Assembly (NCBI GenBank): GCA_043747615.1
Contig: JAYTOU010000007.1
Coordinates: 1-64,000 of the forward strand
DNA length: 64,000 nucleotides
Direction: 5' to 3'
Origin: Myxococcales bacterium
Lineage (GTDB): Bacteria; Myxococcota_A; Polyangia; Polyangiales; Polyangiaceae
Translations under genes and position numbers: made by a program
Notes under the pieces: generated by a model
Database searches by the model: none
Told to the model about the DNA's origin: nothing
What the model saw: only the letters and a program-made list of their open reading frames with translations
Shown: piece after piece, positions 1 through 9,298 of the stretch
How positions within the stretch are numbered: the stretch's first letter is position 1
Layout: each line of letters starts with the position of its first letter

Positions 1-13
1 GAGGATAAATGGG

Positions 14-838
14 ATGATGAGTTCACGAGAGTTCCATCTCGCCCTGCTACACAAAACTACGAGGGGGCGCTGGTCTCACGCACGTTGGCAGAGAGGGGAA
101 CTTCGCCACGGCGAACAGCGAATGCTCGAGCTCGTTGACGTCCACGTCGACGACCCCTCCCCGCACGTCATCGTTCGTTACGGAAACTCCAAAGGGCTCG
201 AGGGGACGTCCCAATTCCAGAAGCTCCCGCCGAAGAATGGAAAGATCCGTCGCGTGCCGCTCTTCGGCCTCGGGCTCGAAGCCGCGAAAGTGTGGCTTGC
301 GAGGCTCCCTCAATACGCGCCGAGCAACCCTCGCGGTCTCGCGTTTCCGACGCCAACGGGTGCGCGTTGGGGCCGAACGAGAACGCCGAAGGAGTGGCGC
401 GCGCCGGTGGGCCGTCACCTTCGGTGGCACGACCTCAGGCACACCTGCGCTTCCGCACTCGTCTCCGGGATGTGGGGTCGAGCATGGCGGCTCGAGGAGA
501 TCTGCGCACTTCTTGGTCACTCTTCGATCACCGTCACGCAGCGTTATGCCCACCTCGCCGGGACCGCTTTGGTGGTGGCTGCAGAGGAGACTTCGGGTCG
601 CTGGTACGCAACGGGTACGGAGGGCACAAAAATGACTATTTATGCGATGAAAACAGGCCATTTTGGTGGCGTTGTGGATCCGGCTGTCGCGGGTTCAAGC
701 CCCGTCGGGCACCCTGATGAAATGATTGAGGAATGCGTTGGTACGGGCGCCCCAGTTTCGGGGCCTCGTACCTTCGCAAAACCTTTGGCGGAGCACGCGG
801 CGGAGGGGCTGAAGGCCATCGCGGAGTGCGTGACGTGA
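14..838 (+). CDS. Tyrosine recombinase/integrase, catalytic C-terminal part (5' end truncated or outside window)
   Basis: LRHGEQ (catalytic Arg box), WHDLRHT (HxxR), LLGHSSITVTQRYAH (His and catalytic Tyr); frame is open back to the window edge. Confidence 0.85.
   Translation: MMSSREFHLALLHKTTRGRWSHARWQRGELRHGEQRMLELVDVHVDDPSPHVIVRYGNSKGLEGTSQFQKLPPKNGKIRRVPLFGLGLEAAKVWLARLPQYAPSNPRGLAFPTPTGARWGRTRTPKEWRAPVGRHLRWHDLRHTCASALVSGMWGRAWRLEEICALLGHSSITVTQRYAHLAGTALVVAAEETSGRWYATGTEGTKMTIYAMKTGHFGGVVDPAVAGSSPVGHPDEMIEECVGTGAPVSGPRTFAKPLAEHAAEGLKAIAECVT
672..714 (+). mobile_element. att site: displaced 3' half of a tRNA-His(GTG) gene
   Basis: TTGTGGA anticodon loop, TCCGG 3' anticodon stem, CTGTC variable loop, GCGGG-TTCAAGC-CCCGT T-arm, CGGGCAC-C acceptor strand; no 5' half upstream; lies within the integrase 3' end. 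Confidence 0.8.
740..772 (+). terminator. Imperfect stem-loop just downstream of the tRNA fragment
   Basis: GGTACGGGCGCCCC-AGTTTC-GGGGCCTCGTACC inverted repeat; weak U-tract. Confidence 0.35.
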
Positions 839-1379
839 ACCGGGCATGCTCTCCAGTCCAAGTACGGACGGAACGGAAGCAGCTCTGAACCGTCGAGCGC
901 ATCGATCACGTCGGCCGCAATCGCCTCCGACCATGGACCCGCATAGCTCGCGATCAGCTCGTCCACGGCGGGGAAAAACCTTTCCTAGCGAACGACCTGC
1001 CGCGCATCGCGGTAGCCTTCCGGCATTTTCGCGACGAACTCTCGGACGGCGTCGCTTCGCCCAGGCAGCTTGAGGGTACTGCTGCCACGCCACGGCGACC
1101 GCAGCATCCAGGCGTTCGCTAGGCGCTCCTCGTACACGCTGTAGCCCGGCGGCTGATTGCGGATCGCCTTTCGAACGGGAGCCCAGATGGGACGATCGGT
1201 CATCAGCTCGAGCTGAGCCAAGAGGAAGAAAGATCGCCGCCAGTTGCGCGACTAATCAGTGCGGTTCGGCTCGTTCGTAACGCACGATTTGCGTGCAAAG
1301 GCATTCGTTGCGTGAGACGCGCTTCAGGTTTTCGCTATCGATCCATCCCAGGGACATCCCCCTCGAACGGAGGCCTCCC

Positions 1380-1800
1380 ATGTCCACATCCGAGATCTCA
1401 TTGAAAGCGACCACCACCGAAATTGTTCGCGCACTCAACCGCCTCATCGAGACCTGTACCGACGGTGAGAAAGGCTACGCGATCACGGCGGCGGACGTCC
1501 GGGACGCCGCTCTGAAGACAGCGATCACTGCGCTCTCGAAGCAGCGCGCCGACTTTGTCTTCGCTCTTCAGGACGCCGTTCGAGCTCGCGGCAGATCTCC
1601 CGAGAACGAAGGGACCCTCAAGGGGGAGGTCCATCATCACTGGGACGTTCGCCCGGCTGGCGCTTGGAGGCCGAAGCGATCGCGTCTTCCTCGAGGAGTG
1701 CATCCGCGGCGAGAAGACCGCGAAGGCAAGCTACGAAGCAGCCCTTCGCCGCGTGCCGCTCATCTCCCTCCCCGAGGAGATCCGTCCGATGCTCCAGAGG
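1380..1800 (+). pseudogene. PA2169/DUF2383 ferritin-like four-helix-bundle protein, frameshifted and 3'-truncated
   Basis: LNRLIETCTDGEKGY...GTLKGEVHHHW continues as ARLALGGRSDRVFLEECIRGEKTAKASYEAAL in the +1 frame (extra G in TGGG at ~1641-1644); GGAGG RBS before ATG 1380. Confidence 0.75.
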
Positions 1801-1847
1801 GGGCGAGAATACCAACGAAGGCGAGCTTTCGAATGTTTTCGTCTTTA

Positions 1848-1863
1848 CGGCACGGCTTTCGCA
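1848..1863 (+). promoter_or_regulatory. Sigma-54 -24/-12 promoter candidate
   Basis: CGGCACGGCTTTCGCA (GG-N10-GC); ATG at 1875. Confidence 0.5.
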
Positions 1864-1874
1864 CTGAACGGACC

Positions 1875-3119
1875 ATGGATGCGCAAGCCGTCTTCGGTCG
1901 ACTCCTTGCTCGGATGAGGAATCGCCGAGCCCCGCTCGACGTGCGCACCCGCATTGGCGATCACGACATCCGCTTCACGACCGCGCTCGACGCTGACGCA
2001 GAGCGATTCGAACGTGAGCTGCTCGAACAGCCCATCGTCCCGTGCAACGAGCACGTTGGCGAAGGTGGAGTCCTCACGAGCGAGGCCGGCCGCGTCGAGC
2101 CGCAGCTCCACCAGCGTATCGCGTGGTTGCGCCGCTCGAGCGCGGAGGTGCGCCTGCTGCAGGTACGCGCCAGCAACGGGCGCCCCTCGATGCAAGTCGC
2201 GATCGACGTGGAGCGACCGCGATGGGCGCCCTGGTTGGGAAACGCGATCGCCCGACGCCTTGGACACGCGGTGAGCGGCGCCGAGGAGCTGAACGCCCTC
2301 CGTCTGCTACGAACGCTATGCGTTGCGAGTGGCGATCTGGTGACGCTGCGCCTCCAGGCACGGCGCCTCGGAGTGCACGCGCTCTGCGACTTCGAGGAGC
2401 GCGCGCACCGCGCCGGGTTCGTGCTCGCCGATCCCGAAGCGGTCACTCGGACGCTCCTGCTCGACCTGCGGGCGAGCCCCGATGAGCTGCTGGCACGACT
2501 TCCCCGCAAGACGCGTCACAAAGTGCGCGCGCTCGCGGCAAGCCCATTCGAGATTCGTGCGGTCACCGATGCGGGTCATCTCGAGGCGCTGAAAGTTGCG
2601 GCGCTCGCCTCGATTCACCGCTCCGGCGGGACGACGAGCCATGCGCCTTGGGGGTCGCTCCTGGCCGTCGCGCATGAAGATCCGACGCGCGCGCGCATCC
2701 TTGCGCTGTTCCCACGCGGTGGTGGAGACATGCCTCTCGCGTTCGTCGCGGGCGTGCGGCACGGCGCTCTCGCCGAGTACGTTTCGGCGGGGTCGATCGA
2801 CGACGCAGCGCTGCGGTCGCACCCGTTCAATTACTTCTTGCTATGGGAGCTCGCGGACTGGGCGCGCGCGAACGGAGCTACGGATCTCGACCTGGGCGGC
2901 GTCACCGAGGGCGGTCCGGAGGACAAGTTCGCGGGGATCTCGAGCTTCAAGCGCCACTTCACGAACACCGAGGCGGAGATCGGGCGCGAGATGATTTCGA
3001 CGCTCCGCCCGGGCGCCGGACTGATCCTCGATACGATGCGGGGCATCCGAGCGCGAGGGCTCGGTAGAGGCGTCGCTGGGAGCAGCGTCTCATCGCGTCC
3101 GCCAGCGCGATCTCGGTAA
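1875..3119 (+). CDS. FemAB/FemX-like GNAT-fold peptidyltransferase family protein
   Basis: TLLLDLRASPDELLARLPRKTRHKVR, NYFLLWELADWARANGATDLDLGGV, GISSFKRHF motifs. Confidence 0.7.
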   Translation: MDAQAVFGRLLARMRNRRAPLDVRTRIGDHDIRFTTALDADAERFERELLEQPIVPCNEHVGEGGVLTSEAGRVEPQLHQRIAWLRRSSAEVRLLQVRASNGRPSMQVAIDVERPRWAPWLGNAIARRLGHAVSGAEELNALRLLRTLCVASGDLVTLRLQARRLGVHALCDFEERAHRAGFVLADPEAVTRTLLLDLRASPDELLARLPRKTRHKVRALAASPFEIRAVTDAGHLEALKVAALASIHRSGGTTSHAPWGSLLAVAHEDPTRARILALFPRGGGDMPLAFVAGVRHGALAEYVSAGSIDDAALRSHPFNYFLLWELADWARANGATDLDLGGVTEGGPEDKFAGISSFKRHFTNTEAEIGREMISTLRPGAGLILDTMRGIRARGLGRGVAGSSVSSRPPARSR

Positions 3120-3261
3120 CCACAATCAGCCGGCCGGCGTCAGTACAAGGAGTGTTGCACGCCAGTCGCTCCCTGCGAGGACGATCCGAATTGCGGCGCG
3201 GCTCGTGGGTGGCTGCGCTCTCGTCGATTAGTTTACGGTCACGCGCACGGGCGCTTTCTCG

Positions 3262-3750
3262 TCACGTGCCCACTTCGCCGTGTTGCCCGGGGACGATTTC
3301 CGGAGTCGTGCCCGTCACGTAAGCCTTCGCGGCCTCGAACATGTACCGAAGGCCCTTCGAGCCTTGGGTGTTCCAGAACTCCGCCTGAATTGGACGCAGC
3401 TGGAGCAAACACAAGTTGGGATCGTCCTTCCCATCCGGGAACCAGACCTTCATGCGCTCGTTCCAATAGGCAACGATCTTGGCGCGGTCCTCGACGATGC
3501 GCGCGGGGCCGCTCACGGAGACCCAAGCGGCCGGCGCCTGCAAGGTGAGCGTGACCTGGTGGTCGTGCTCGATGTCGCCGATTTTTCCCGACTCGATGCT
3601 CGTTGCGAAGAAGATGTCGTCGTTCTCCTCGAGCTTCGCGATCGCCATCGGGCGCGCGCGCATCGTGCCTTCCGGCGTGTGGGTGACGAGCATGCCGCTA
3701 TGAAATTCTTGAATGAGCGCTCGCAGGCGCTGTCGGTCGGTATCGTACAT
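3262..3750 (-). CDS. Pyridoxamine 5'-phosphate oxidase-like general stress protein
   Basis: GMLVT..G.MRARPMA, VSVSG.A.IV.D, WFPDGKDDPNL.LL....AEFW. Confidence 0.85.
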   Translation of the reverse strand: MYDTDRQRLRALIQEFHSGMLVTHTPEGTMRARPMAIAKLEENDDIFFATSIESGKIGDIEHDHQVTLTLQAPAAWVSVSGPARIVEDRAKIVAYWNERMKVWFPDGKDDPNLCLLQLRPIQAEFWNTQGSKGLRYMFEAAKAYVTGTTPEIVPGQHGEVGT

Positions 3751-3827
3751 TTCTTTTAACCTCTCTTATGCCGTGAATTGAAGGGAGTGAGCCCACGTGA
3801 TTCGCTACGCTGCTGCGCCAATTCGAC

Positions 3828-5000
3828 TCAGGGCGTGAGCACGACTTTGATGCAGCCGTCTTTCTTATCGCGGAAAGTTTTGTACGCCGCCGGCGCGTCG
3901 GCGAGCTTCAACCGGTGAGTGATGATCGCCGCCGGACTGATCTGCCCAGCTTCAATCTTCTCGAGCAAAGGCCGCATGTACTTTTGCATGTGCGTCTGCC
4001 CCATCTTCAGCGTGAGCCCTTTGTTCATCGCGGCGCCGAACGGCAAATTGTCGAGCAAGCCCACGTAGACACCAGGAATGGATACGGTGCCCCCTTTGCG
4101 ACAGCAGAAGAGCGCTTCGCGTAGCACGTGCGCCCGGTCGGTCCCGAGCTTCAAAGTCTTTTTGACGCTGTCGAGAACGGCGTCGACGCTGCCGTACGAG
4201 TGCGCCTCGCAGCCGACCGCATCGATGCAGCGGTCAGGTCCGCGCCCTGCCGTCATTTCCTGCAAACGTTCGTAGACGTGTTCTTTCTCGAAGTTGATGG
4301 TCTCGGCCTTTCCGAGTTTCTCTGCGAGCGCGAGCCGCTCCGCCACACGGTCGATCGCGACCACGCGCCCTGCTCCGAGCATCCACGCGCTCTGGATCGC
4401 GAACTGCGCGACCGGTCCGCAACCCCACACGGCAACCGTGTCCCCGGGCTCGATTTGCGCGTTCTCCGCGGCCATGTAGCCCGTCGGAAGAATGTCAGAC
4501 AGGAAGAGCACTTCCTCATCCTTCAAGCCCGACTCGATCTTGACGGGGCCAACATCGGCAAAGGGGACGCGCAGGTATTCGGCTTGGCCACCCGAAAAAC
4601 CACCGAGCAAATGCGAGAAGCCGAAGGCGCCGCAGGGCGCGTGGCCCATTGCTTTTTCAGCAAGCTTGGTATTCGGGTTGGAGGTGTCACAGCACGAGAA
4701 GAGCTTCTTCTTGCAGAAGAAACATTCGCCGCAGGCGATCACGAAGGGGACGACGACGCGGTCACCCTTCTTCAGTTTTTTTACTGCGCTCCCAACTTCG
4801 ACGACGATGCCCATCGCCTCGTGTCCCAAGATATCGCCACTCTCCATAGCCGGCACAAAGCCGTCGTAGAGGTGTAGGTCGGACCCGCAAATCGCAGTCG
4901 CCGTGATCTTCACGATGACGTCGGTGGGATCGACGAGCTTGGGGTCGGGGACCGTGTCGACGCGAACGTCTTCTTTGCCATGCCAGACGAGAGCTTTCAT
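3828..5000 (-). CDS. Zinc-dependent alcohol dehydrogenase (formaldehyde-dehydrogenase-like, YbdR type)
   Basis: [27 protein letters not shown] structural Zn site, [14 protein letters not shown]. Confidence 0.92.
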   Translation of the reverse strand: MKALVWHGKEDVRVDTVPDPKLVDPTDVIVKITATAICGSDLHLYDGFVPAMESGDILGHEAMGIVVEVGSAVKKLKKGDRVVVPFVIACGECFFCKKKLFSCCDTSNPNTKLAEKAMGHAPCGAFGFSHLLGGFSGGQAEYLRVPFADVGPVKIESGLKDEEVLFLSDILPTGYMAAENAQIEPGDTVAVWGCGPVAQFAIQSAWMLGAGRVVAIDRVAERLALAEKLGKAETINFEKEHVYERLQEMTAGRGPDRCIDAVGCEAHSYGSVDAVLDSVKKTLKLGTDRAHVLREALFCCRKGGTVSIPGVYVGLLDNLPFGAAMNKGLTLKMGQTHMQKYMRPLLEKIEAGQISPAAIITHRLKLADAPAAYKTFRDKKDGCIKVVLTP

Positions 5001-5013
5001 GACGGTGGCGGAT

Positions 5014-5029
5014 TGCAAACGCGATGCCA
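5014..5029 (-). promoter_or_regulatory. Sigma-54 -24/-12 promoter candidate
   Basis: Minus strand TGGCATCGCGTTTGCA, close to consensus TGGCAC-N5-TTGCA. Confidence 0.6.
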
Positions 5030-5221
5030 CGCGCGCTTCAAAAAAAAATCGCGATCGGCGGCGAAACCCGTGGTTCAGACGTTTTTCAGATCGAGGCTAG
5101 ATGCCTCGTTAGACCGAGCGAGCCACATAGATTGATCGGTGGCGCTGCGATCACACGTGCTTGCGCTAGGCTGGAACTGTGCGTCGGATGCATGGGCATA
5201 TGGCGTGCACGCAAGTCGCGC

Positions 5222-5917
5222 ATGGCCCGAGCGGTGTCATCGAAGACAGAAGCTATGAACTCCGTGGTTGAGACGCGAGATCCTTTTGGCGCCGCAAAGT
5301 TGGCGGGACTTCGCTACGTCTCCGACGTGCGCCGGGGGATCGCGCGGAGGCGGGCGGGCATGTCGTTCTCGTACACCGCGGACGTCGACGGCGCGAAGCT
5401 CACGTTTCACTTCCGGGGCAAGAGCGGCAAAGAGCACTCGATCGGAGTCCGCGATCGGCGTCTCGCACGCATCGTTGGCCGGTGCCAGGCCATCGAAGGA
5501 GAGGAGCGCTTTCAGTACGTCGACGACGCCGGCGCCAAGCACGCTATCGAATCGGGAGACGTCAATGACTACTTACGTACGATCGCCGAGGACGACTTCA
5601 CTGCGAAAGATTTCCGGACATGGGCAGGGACGGTGCTCGCCGCTGAAGCGCTGAACGAGCTCGGCTTCCAAAGCGCGACCGAGGCGAAGCGGAACATTGC
5701 CCACGCAATCAAATCCGTCGCCTCGCGACTGGGAAACACCCCTAGCGTGTGCCGCAAGTGTTACGTGCATCCCGCCGTCCTCGACGCCTACGAAGAAGGC
5801 GCGCTGGCGAGAGCGCTCGCCGCCGCTTCGCGCAAACCGTCTGCCAATGCGCTCGCTCCCTCCGAAGCGGCGGTTAGGGCACTCCTCGCGCAGCGTCTGG
5901 CCGCGGCCGCCGCTTGA
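5222..5917 (+). pseudogene. Bacterial DNA topoisomerase IB with large in-frame internal deletion (start 5222 or 5255)
   Basis: GLRYVSD..GI.RRRAG.SFSY joined directly to DVDG..LTFHFRGKSGKEH; retains KDFRTW and LGNTPSVCRKCY, lacks the IPPAW/GRKQY/IRVGNEEY region. Confidence 0.8.
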
Positions 5918-5919
5918 AG

Positions 5920-7134
5920 TCAGGATTTCTTGGCGAACGGCACCTCGGTAGGTTCGGTTTCGTCTTTCGCATCCTGGATGATCCGCTCCTCGGCGATCTC
6001 CGACGCGATGGCTGCGGCCTCCGCTGCGGGCGCCCCTGCGGCACGTCGTTCGAAATCTTTTTCGCCGCGTTCATCGAGCCTGCGCACTTCGGTGTCGTCT
6101 ACGTCTTCGCCAGGTAAGTCGACCCGCAGCTCCTCCACCACCATTCGTATCCCCGCCGCGATCGGCAGAGCGAGCAAAGCCCCAAGAATTCCCATGAGCT
6201 TTCCGCCGATGAGAAGCGCGATCATCACGGTCGCTGCAGGGAGGCGCAGGACCTTGCCGTAGATGCGAGGGACGATGAAGCGACTCTCGATCTCTTGATA
6301 AACGGCGAGAACGAGGAACACGACAAGGGCGGTCGTCGTTCCGCGGGAGAGCGACGCCAGGGCTGCCGGAACGCAAACCAAGAGCGCTCCAACGTAAGGA
6401 AGAACGTCGACCACGGCGGCAAAAGTAGCGAGCGCAATCGCGTTCGGAACACGAGCGACGCTGAGAACGACGAAAGTGAAGACGGCCATCATCACGGAGG
6501 TGATGATCTGCCCGCGCATGTAGCCACCGACGATCGTTTCCAGGTTGAGTAGCACGCGAGAGAGGCGAACATGGTAGGCGCGTGGAATAAGCGCAAACGC
6601 GCCGCCACGCATTCGATCGCGGTCGACGACCAAGTAGAGCGCCAGAAACAATGAGGTGACGGAGTACGCGATGACCTCGAACGCTTTCGTCGAGTACGCG
6701 AGCCCCAAGCGCTCCAGGCTAGCGACAACTTCGGTCGATTGCGTCTCCCGAAGCGACTTTGCGAGCGGCGCGCCCAGATGCGTCCCATCGAGTTTCTCCG
6801 CGAGCTCTTTCTGGGCCTGCGGAAGTCGGTCCATCATCTCCGCGAGCTGTGTGAAAAAGCGAGGGACGGTGAACGCGCAGAGGAGGCCCGCGATCGCGAA
6901 GAGTCCCGTGAAGACCGCGGCGATCGCGAGATTGCGCCTCCATCCGCGCTTCTCGAGCGCGGCAACGAAGGGGTCGAGCATCCCCACGATCATCAGCGCC
7001 ACGACGATGACGAGAAATATCGGCCACAGCTGAAAAAAGAGCCACGTGAAGAGCAAGGCCAGGATGACCACGAGAACGGTCGTCGGCGTTAGCTCGACCC
7101 GGATCGACGCGCGCTCTGCCTCAGGCTCCTTCAT
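5920..7134 (-). CDS. AI-2E family transporter
   Basis: Multiple TM helices, GGYMRGQ, LPYVG, YQEIESRFIVPRIYG, GILGALLALP. Confidence 0.9.
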   Translation of the reverse strand: MKEPEAERASIRVELTPTTVLVVILALLFTWLFFQLWPIFLVIVVALMIVGMLDPFVAALEKRGWRRNLAIAAVFTGLFAIAGLLCAFTVPRFFTQLAEMMDRLPQAQKELAEKLDGTHLGAPLAKSLRETQSTEVVASLERLGLAYSTKAFEVIAYSVTSLFLALYLVVDRDRMRGGAFALIPRAYHVRLSRVLLNLETIVGGYMRGQIITSVMMAVFTFVVLSVARVPNAIALATFAAVVDVLPYVGALLVCVPAALASLSRGTTTALVVFLVLAVYQEIESRFIVPRIYGKVLRLPAATVMIALLIGGKLMGILGALLALPIAAGIRMVVEELRVDLPGEDVDDTEVRRLDERGEKDFERRAAGAPAAEAAAIASEIAEERIIQDAKDETEPTEVPFAKKS

Positions 7135-7144
7135 CGTTCCGATC

Positions 7145-8170
7145 CTAGAGACACGAGCCTATTCTGCATGCGCATCTCGTTCCGTTGCACGTGCCGCCGC
7201 GACACGGACAGAGGTTCGAACAATCGGTTCCGCAGCTGACGATCGTCCCGCATCTGTTCGTCGGCGACCCACACTGGGTTGCACAAGGATCGTCGGGGAC
7301 GCAGCCGCAGCCGTTCGGTCCCGCGCCACCCGCTCCGCAACTGTTCGGCGCCACGCACGTGTCCGGACACACGATGGCCTGACCGCAGTTGTTGGTGCTC
7401 GTGCCGCAGCTTTTTCCAGCGCAGGCCGCGACGTTGTCGGGTGTGCAGCAGGTCGTTCCCGTGCAGACCTGTCCGATTGCGCATTGCGCCGGGCAGCCCA
7501 CCATCTGGCCGCAGTTGTTCGTGACGACGACGCCTCCGCACCGGTTGCTGCACGCGGCGCCATTGTTCGGCGTACAGCAGCTGCCGCCCGCCTGGCAAAG
7601 ATCCCCGCTCTGCGCGCAGGAGCCATTGACGCCGCAGGCGATCGTTTGTCCGCAGTTGTTCACGGTCGTGGCGCAGGCTTTTCCAGCGCACGTCGTCGTG
7701 TCGGGAGTGGGGACGCACCCGCACGCATTCGACGTGCACGTGAGCCCGCCGTCGCAGCCGCCGCAGCCCTGCGTCGTCCCGCAGTTGTTCGTAGTGCTAT
7801 CGCACTTGTTCGTGCACCAGCCGGCGAGCGGCACGCACTTGCACTGCTGCGCCGTAGTGTCGCAAACGTTGTTGGGCCCGCAGTCCGACGAACAGCGACG
7901 AATCTGATTGCAGTTGTCGAGGACGTCTCCGCATCGATTTTTGCACCAGTTCGGATCGGGCGTGCATGAGCTCGATGGCGTAGAGCCGTCGACGAGCGTG
8001 GCCACCCCTGCGTCGCCGCTCGAGGAAAGCGGGGCGTCCGAGCTCGCGTCTTCCCCGCCGGCCTCGCTCATGCCCTCGTCCAGATGTGCCGATTCGATCC
8101 CCAGGATGCCAGCGCAGCCAGTGACGATCGCCGAGAGCGCGCCGAGCGTGAGTAACCAGCGGCTCACCAT
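7145..8170 (-). CDS. Cys-rich repeat lipoprotein
   Basis: Lipobox AIVTGC, then AGILGIE; six ~40-47 aa repeats centred on NNCG/DNCN/NRCG. Confidence 0.75.
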   Translation of the reverse strand: MVSRWLLTLGALSAIVTGCAGILGIESAHLDEGMSEAGGEDASSDAPLSSSGDAGVATLVDGSTPSSSCTPDPNWCKNRCGDVLDNCNQIRRCSSDCGPNNVCDTTAQQCKCVPLAGWCTNKCDSTTNNCGTTQGCGGCDGGLTCTSNACGCVPTPDTTTCAGKACATTVNNCGQTIACGVNGSCAQSGDLCQAGGSCCTPNNGAACSNRCGGVVVTNNCGQMVGCPAQCAIGQVCTGTTCCTPDNVAACAGKSCGTSTNNCGQAIVCPDTCVAPNSCGAGGAGPNGCGCVPDDPCATQCGSPTNRCGTIVSCGTDCSNLCPCRGGTCNGTRCACRIGSCL

Positions 8171-9141
8171 GTCCACACCGCCTTCACTCCAAGGCCACTT
8201 GGACCGATGCCCATCGTCGTTCGTGATCTCTTCGAAGTGAGCCACAGCGTGGCGCCTGCAGCGAGCGCGACTCCTCCGGCTAGGAAGGCAATGGTCGCGA
8301 TGTCGGCGGACGACTTCGCGTCGCTGCGCAGACCGACCCCCACGGCGTCGCATGCATTCGGATCGCTCGGATTCGAGCAGTGCGCCTTCGAGTCACCGTT
8401 CTTCGACGTAGCGCCGAGCGCCATGACCACTCCCAGGCCGACACCGACGGCGCCCGCAGACACGGCCGCAATGGCTCCGACCTTCTGCGCGCCGAGACCG
8501 TGCGATTGGTCGCGCGCGCTCGACGTGCTCCTGGCAGGCGAGCTCGTGCTGCTCGCCGATTCGAGGTCGGCCAGCGGTGCGACCACGACTGAGCTGAGAT
8601 CGCCGCCCGATTCCCGCGCACTCACCTGCGTCGACCAAGGCTTCTTTCCGGGAGCCGTCGCCTCGATGGAATGCACGCCGGGGTCCACGGGTGTAGGCAT
8701 CCCCCACTCGGCCCGAGGCAGCACGGCGCCATCGCGCTTCACCTCGAGAGCCGGGAGGTCCGCAGCGGCAGACACCGAGACGACGATCCGGGACAGCTGC
8801 GGCTCGAGTAAGCGCGCGCGGGCGCTGGCGGCTACTTCACGCGCGTCACCTTTCTCATGGGCGACGGCTTCCGCGGCCTTGAACCGAACCCACGCGCTCG
8901 CCGGTCGATGCACGCTCTCGTAACAGACGCCCAGGTTGAACAGCGCACCGACCGACTTTTCCTGCTCGATGCTCGAGAGAAGCTTGGGGATGGCCTCACC
9001 GTATCGCTCTTTTTTCATGAGAGCCTTCGCTTCTTCGAAGGGCGTCTGTGTTGCCGAGTCGTCCGCCGATGCCGAGGGCGCGCAAGCGATCACCGATGTT
9101 GCGAACAATCCCGCGAGCAGCCGTTGTTGATTTTTTTTCAT
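8164..9141 (-). CDS. Secreted TPR-like + PEGA-like protein with C-terminal membrane helices (myxobacterial type)
   Basis: Signal peptide, GALFNLGVCYE...ASAW..F TPR-like segment, PVDPG.H.IEATAPGKKPW, C-terminal hydrophobic helices. Confidence 0.75.
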   Translation of the reverse strand: MKKNQQRLLAGLFATSVIACAPSASADDSATQTPFEEAKALMKKERYGEAIPKLLSSIEQEKSVGALFNLGVCYESVHRPASAWVRFKAAEAVAHEKGDAREVAASARARLLEPQLSRIVVSVSAAADLPALEVKRDGAVLPRAEWGMPTPVDPGVHSIEATAPGKKPWSTQVSARESGGDLSSVVVAPLADLESASSTSSPARSTSSARDQSHGLGAQKVGAIAAVSAGAVGVGLGVVMALGATSKNGDSKAHCSNPSDPNACDAVGVGLRSDAKSSADIATIAFLAGGVALAAGATLWLTSKRSRTTMGIGPSGLGVKAVWTW

Positions 9142-9233
9142 CGCCTAAGGCCCGTCATCGAGCATCGGGGAACGCGCCCCGACCTTCTGCCCGAGTCGTT
9201 GAAGGAGCGTAGCATGATGGCGGGGTTGGGCGC

Positions 9234-9262
9234 TTGACCGGCGGAAGTGGTCCCAATACAAT
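9234..9262 (+). promoter_or_regulatory. Sigma-70 type promoter for the kinase
   Basis: TTGACC (9234-9239), 17-nt spacer, TACAAT (9257-9262). Confidence 0.7.
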
Positions 9263-9298
9263 TTCGCAGATGAAGCAGCCGCTCGCGGAACGGCGCTC

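Larger units (their letters stand above)
640..1221 (-). pseudogene. Possible interrupted hypothetical gene
   Basis: ORFs 985..1221 and 640..966 are in the same frame, separated by a single TAG at 985-987; joined text is protein-like (..DARQVVR*ERFFPAVDELIASYAGPWSE..). Confidence 0.35.

Noticed and set aside
672..714. Functional tRNA gene
   Set aside because: Only the anticodon loop to the 3' acceptor strand is present; no D-arm or 5' acceptor strand.
985..987. Programmed amber readthrough (pyrrolysine) in the 640-1221 minus-strand frame
   Set aside because: No pyl genes or supporting context; a nonsense mutation in a decayed region is simpler.
1293..3119. 608-aa ORF as a real PA2169-GNAT fusion protein
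   Set aside because: The PA2169 homology shifts to another frame at ~1644, the linker is out-of-frame text, and the GNAT gene has its own promoter motif and ATG at 1875.
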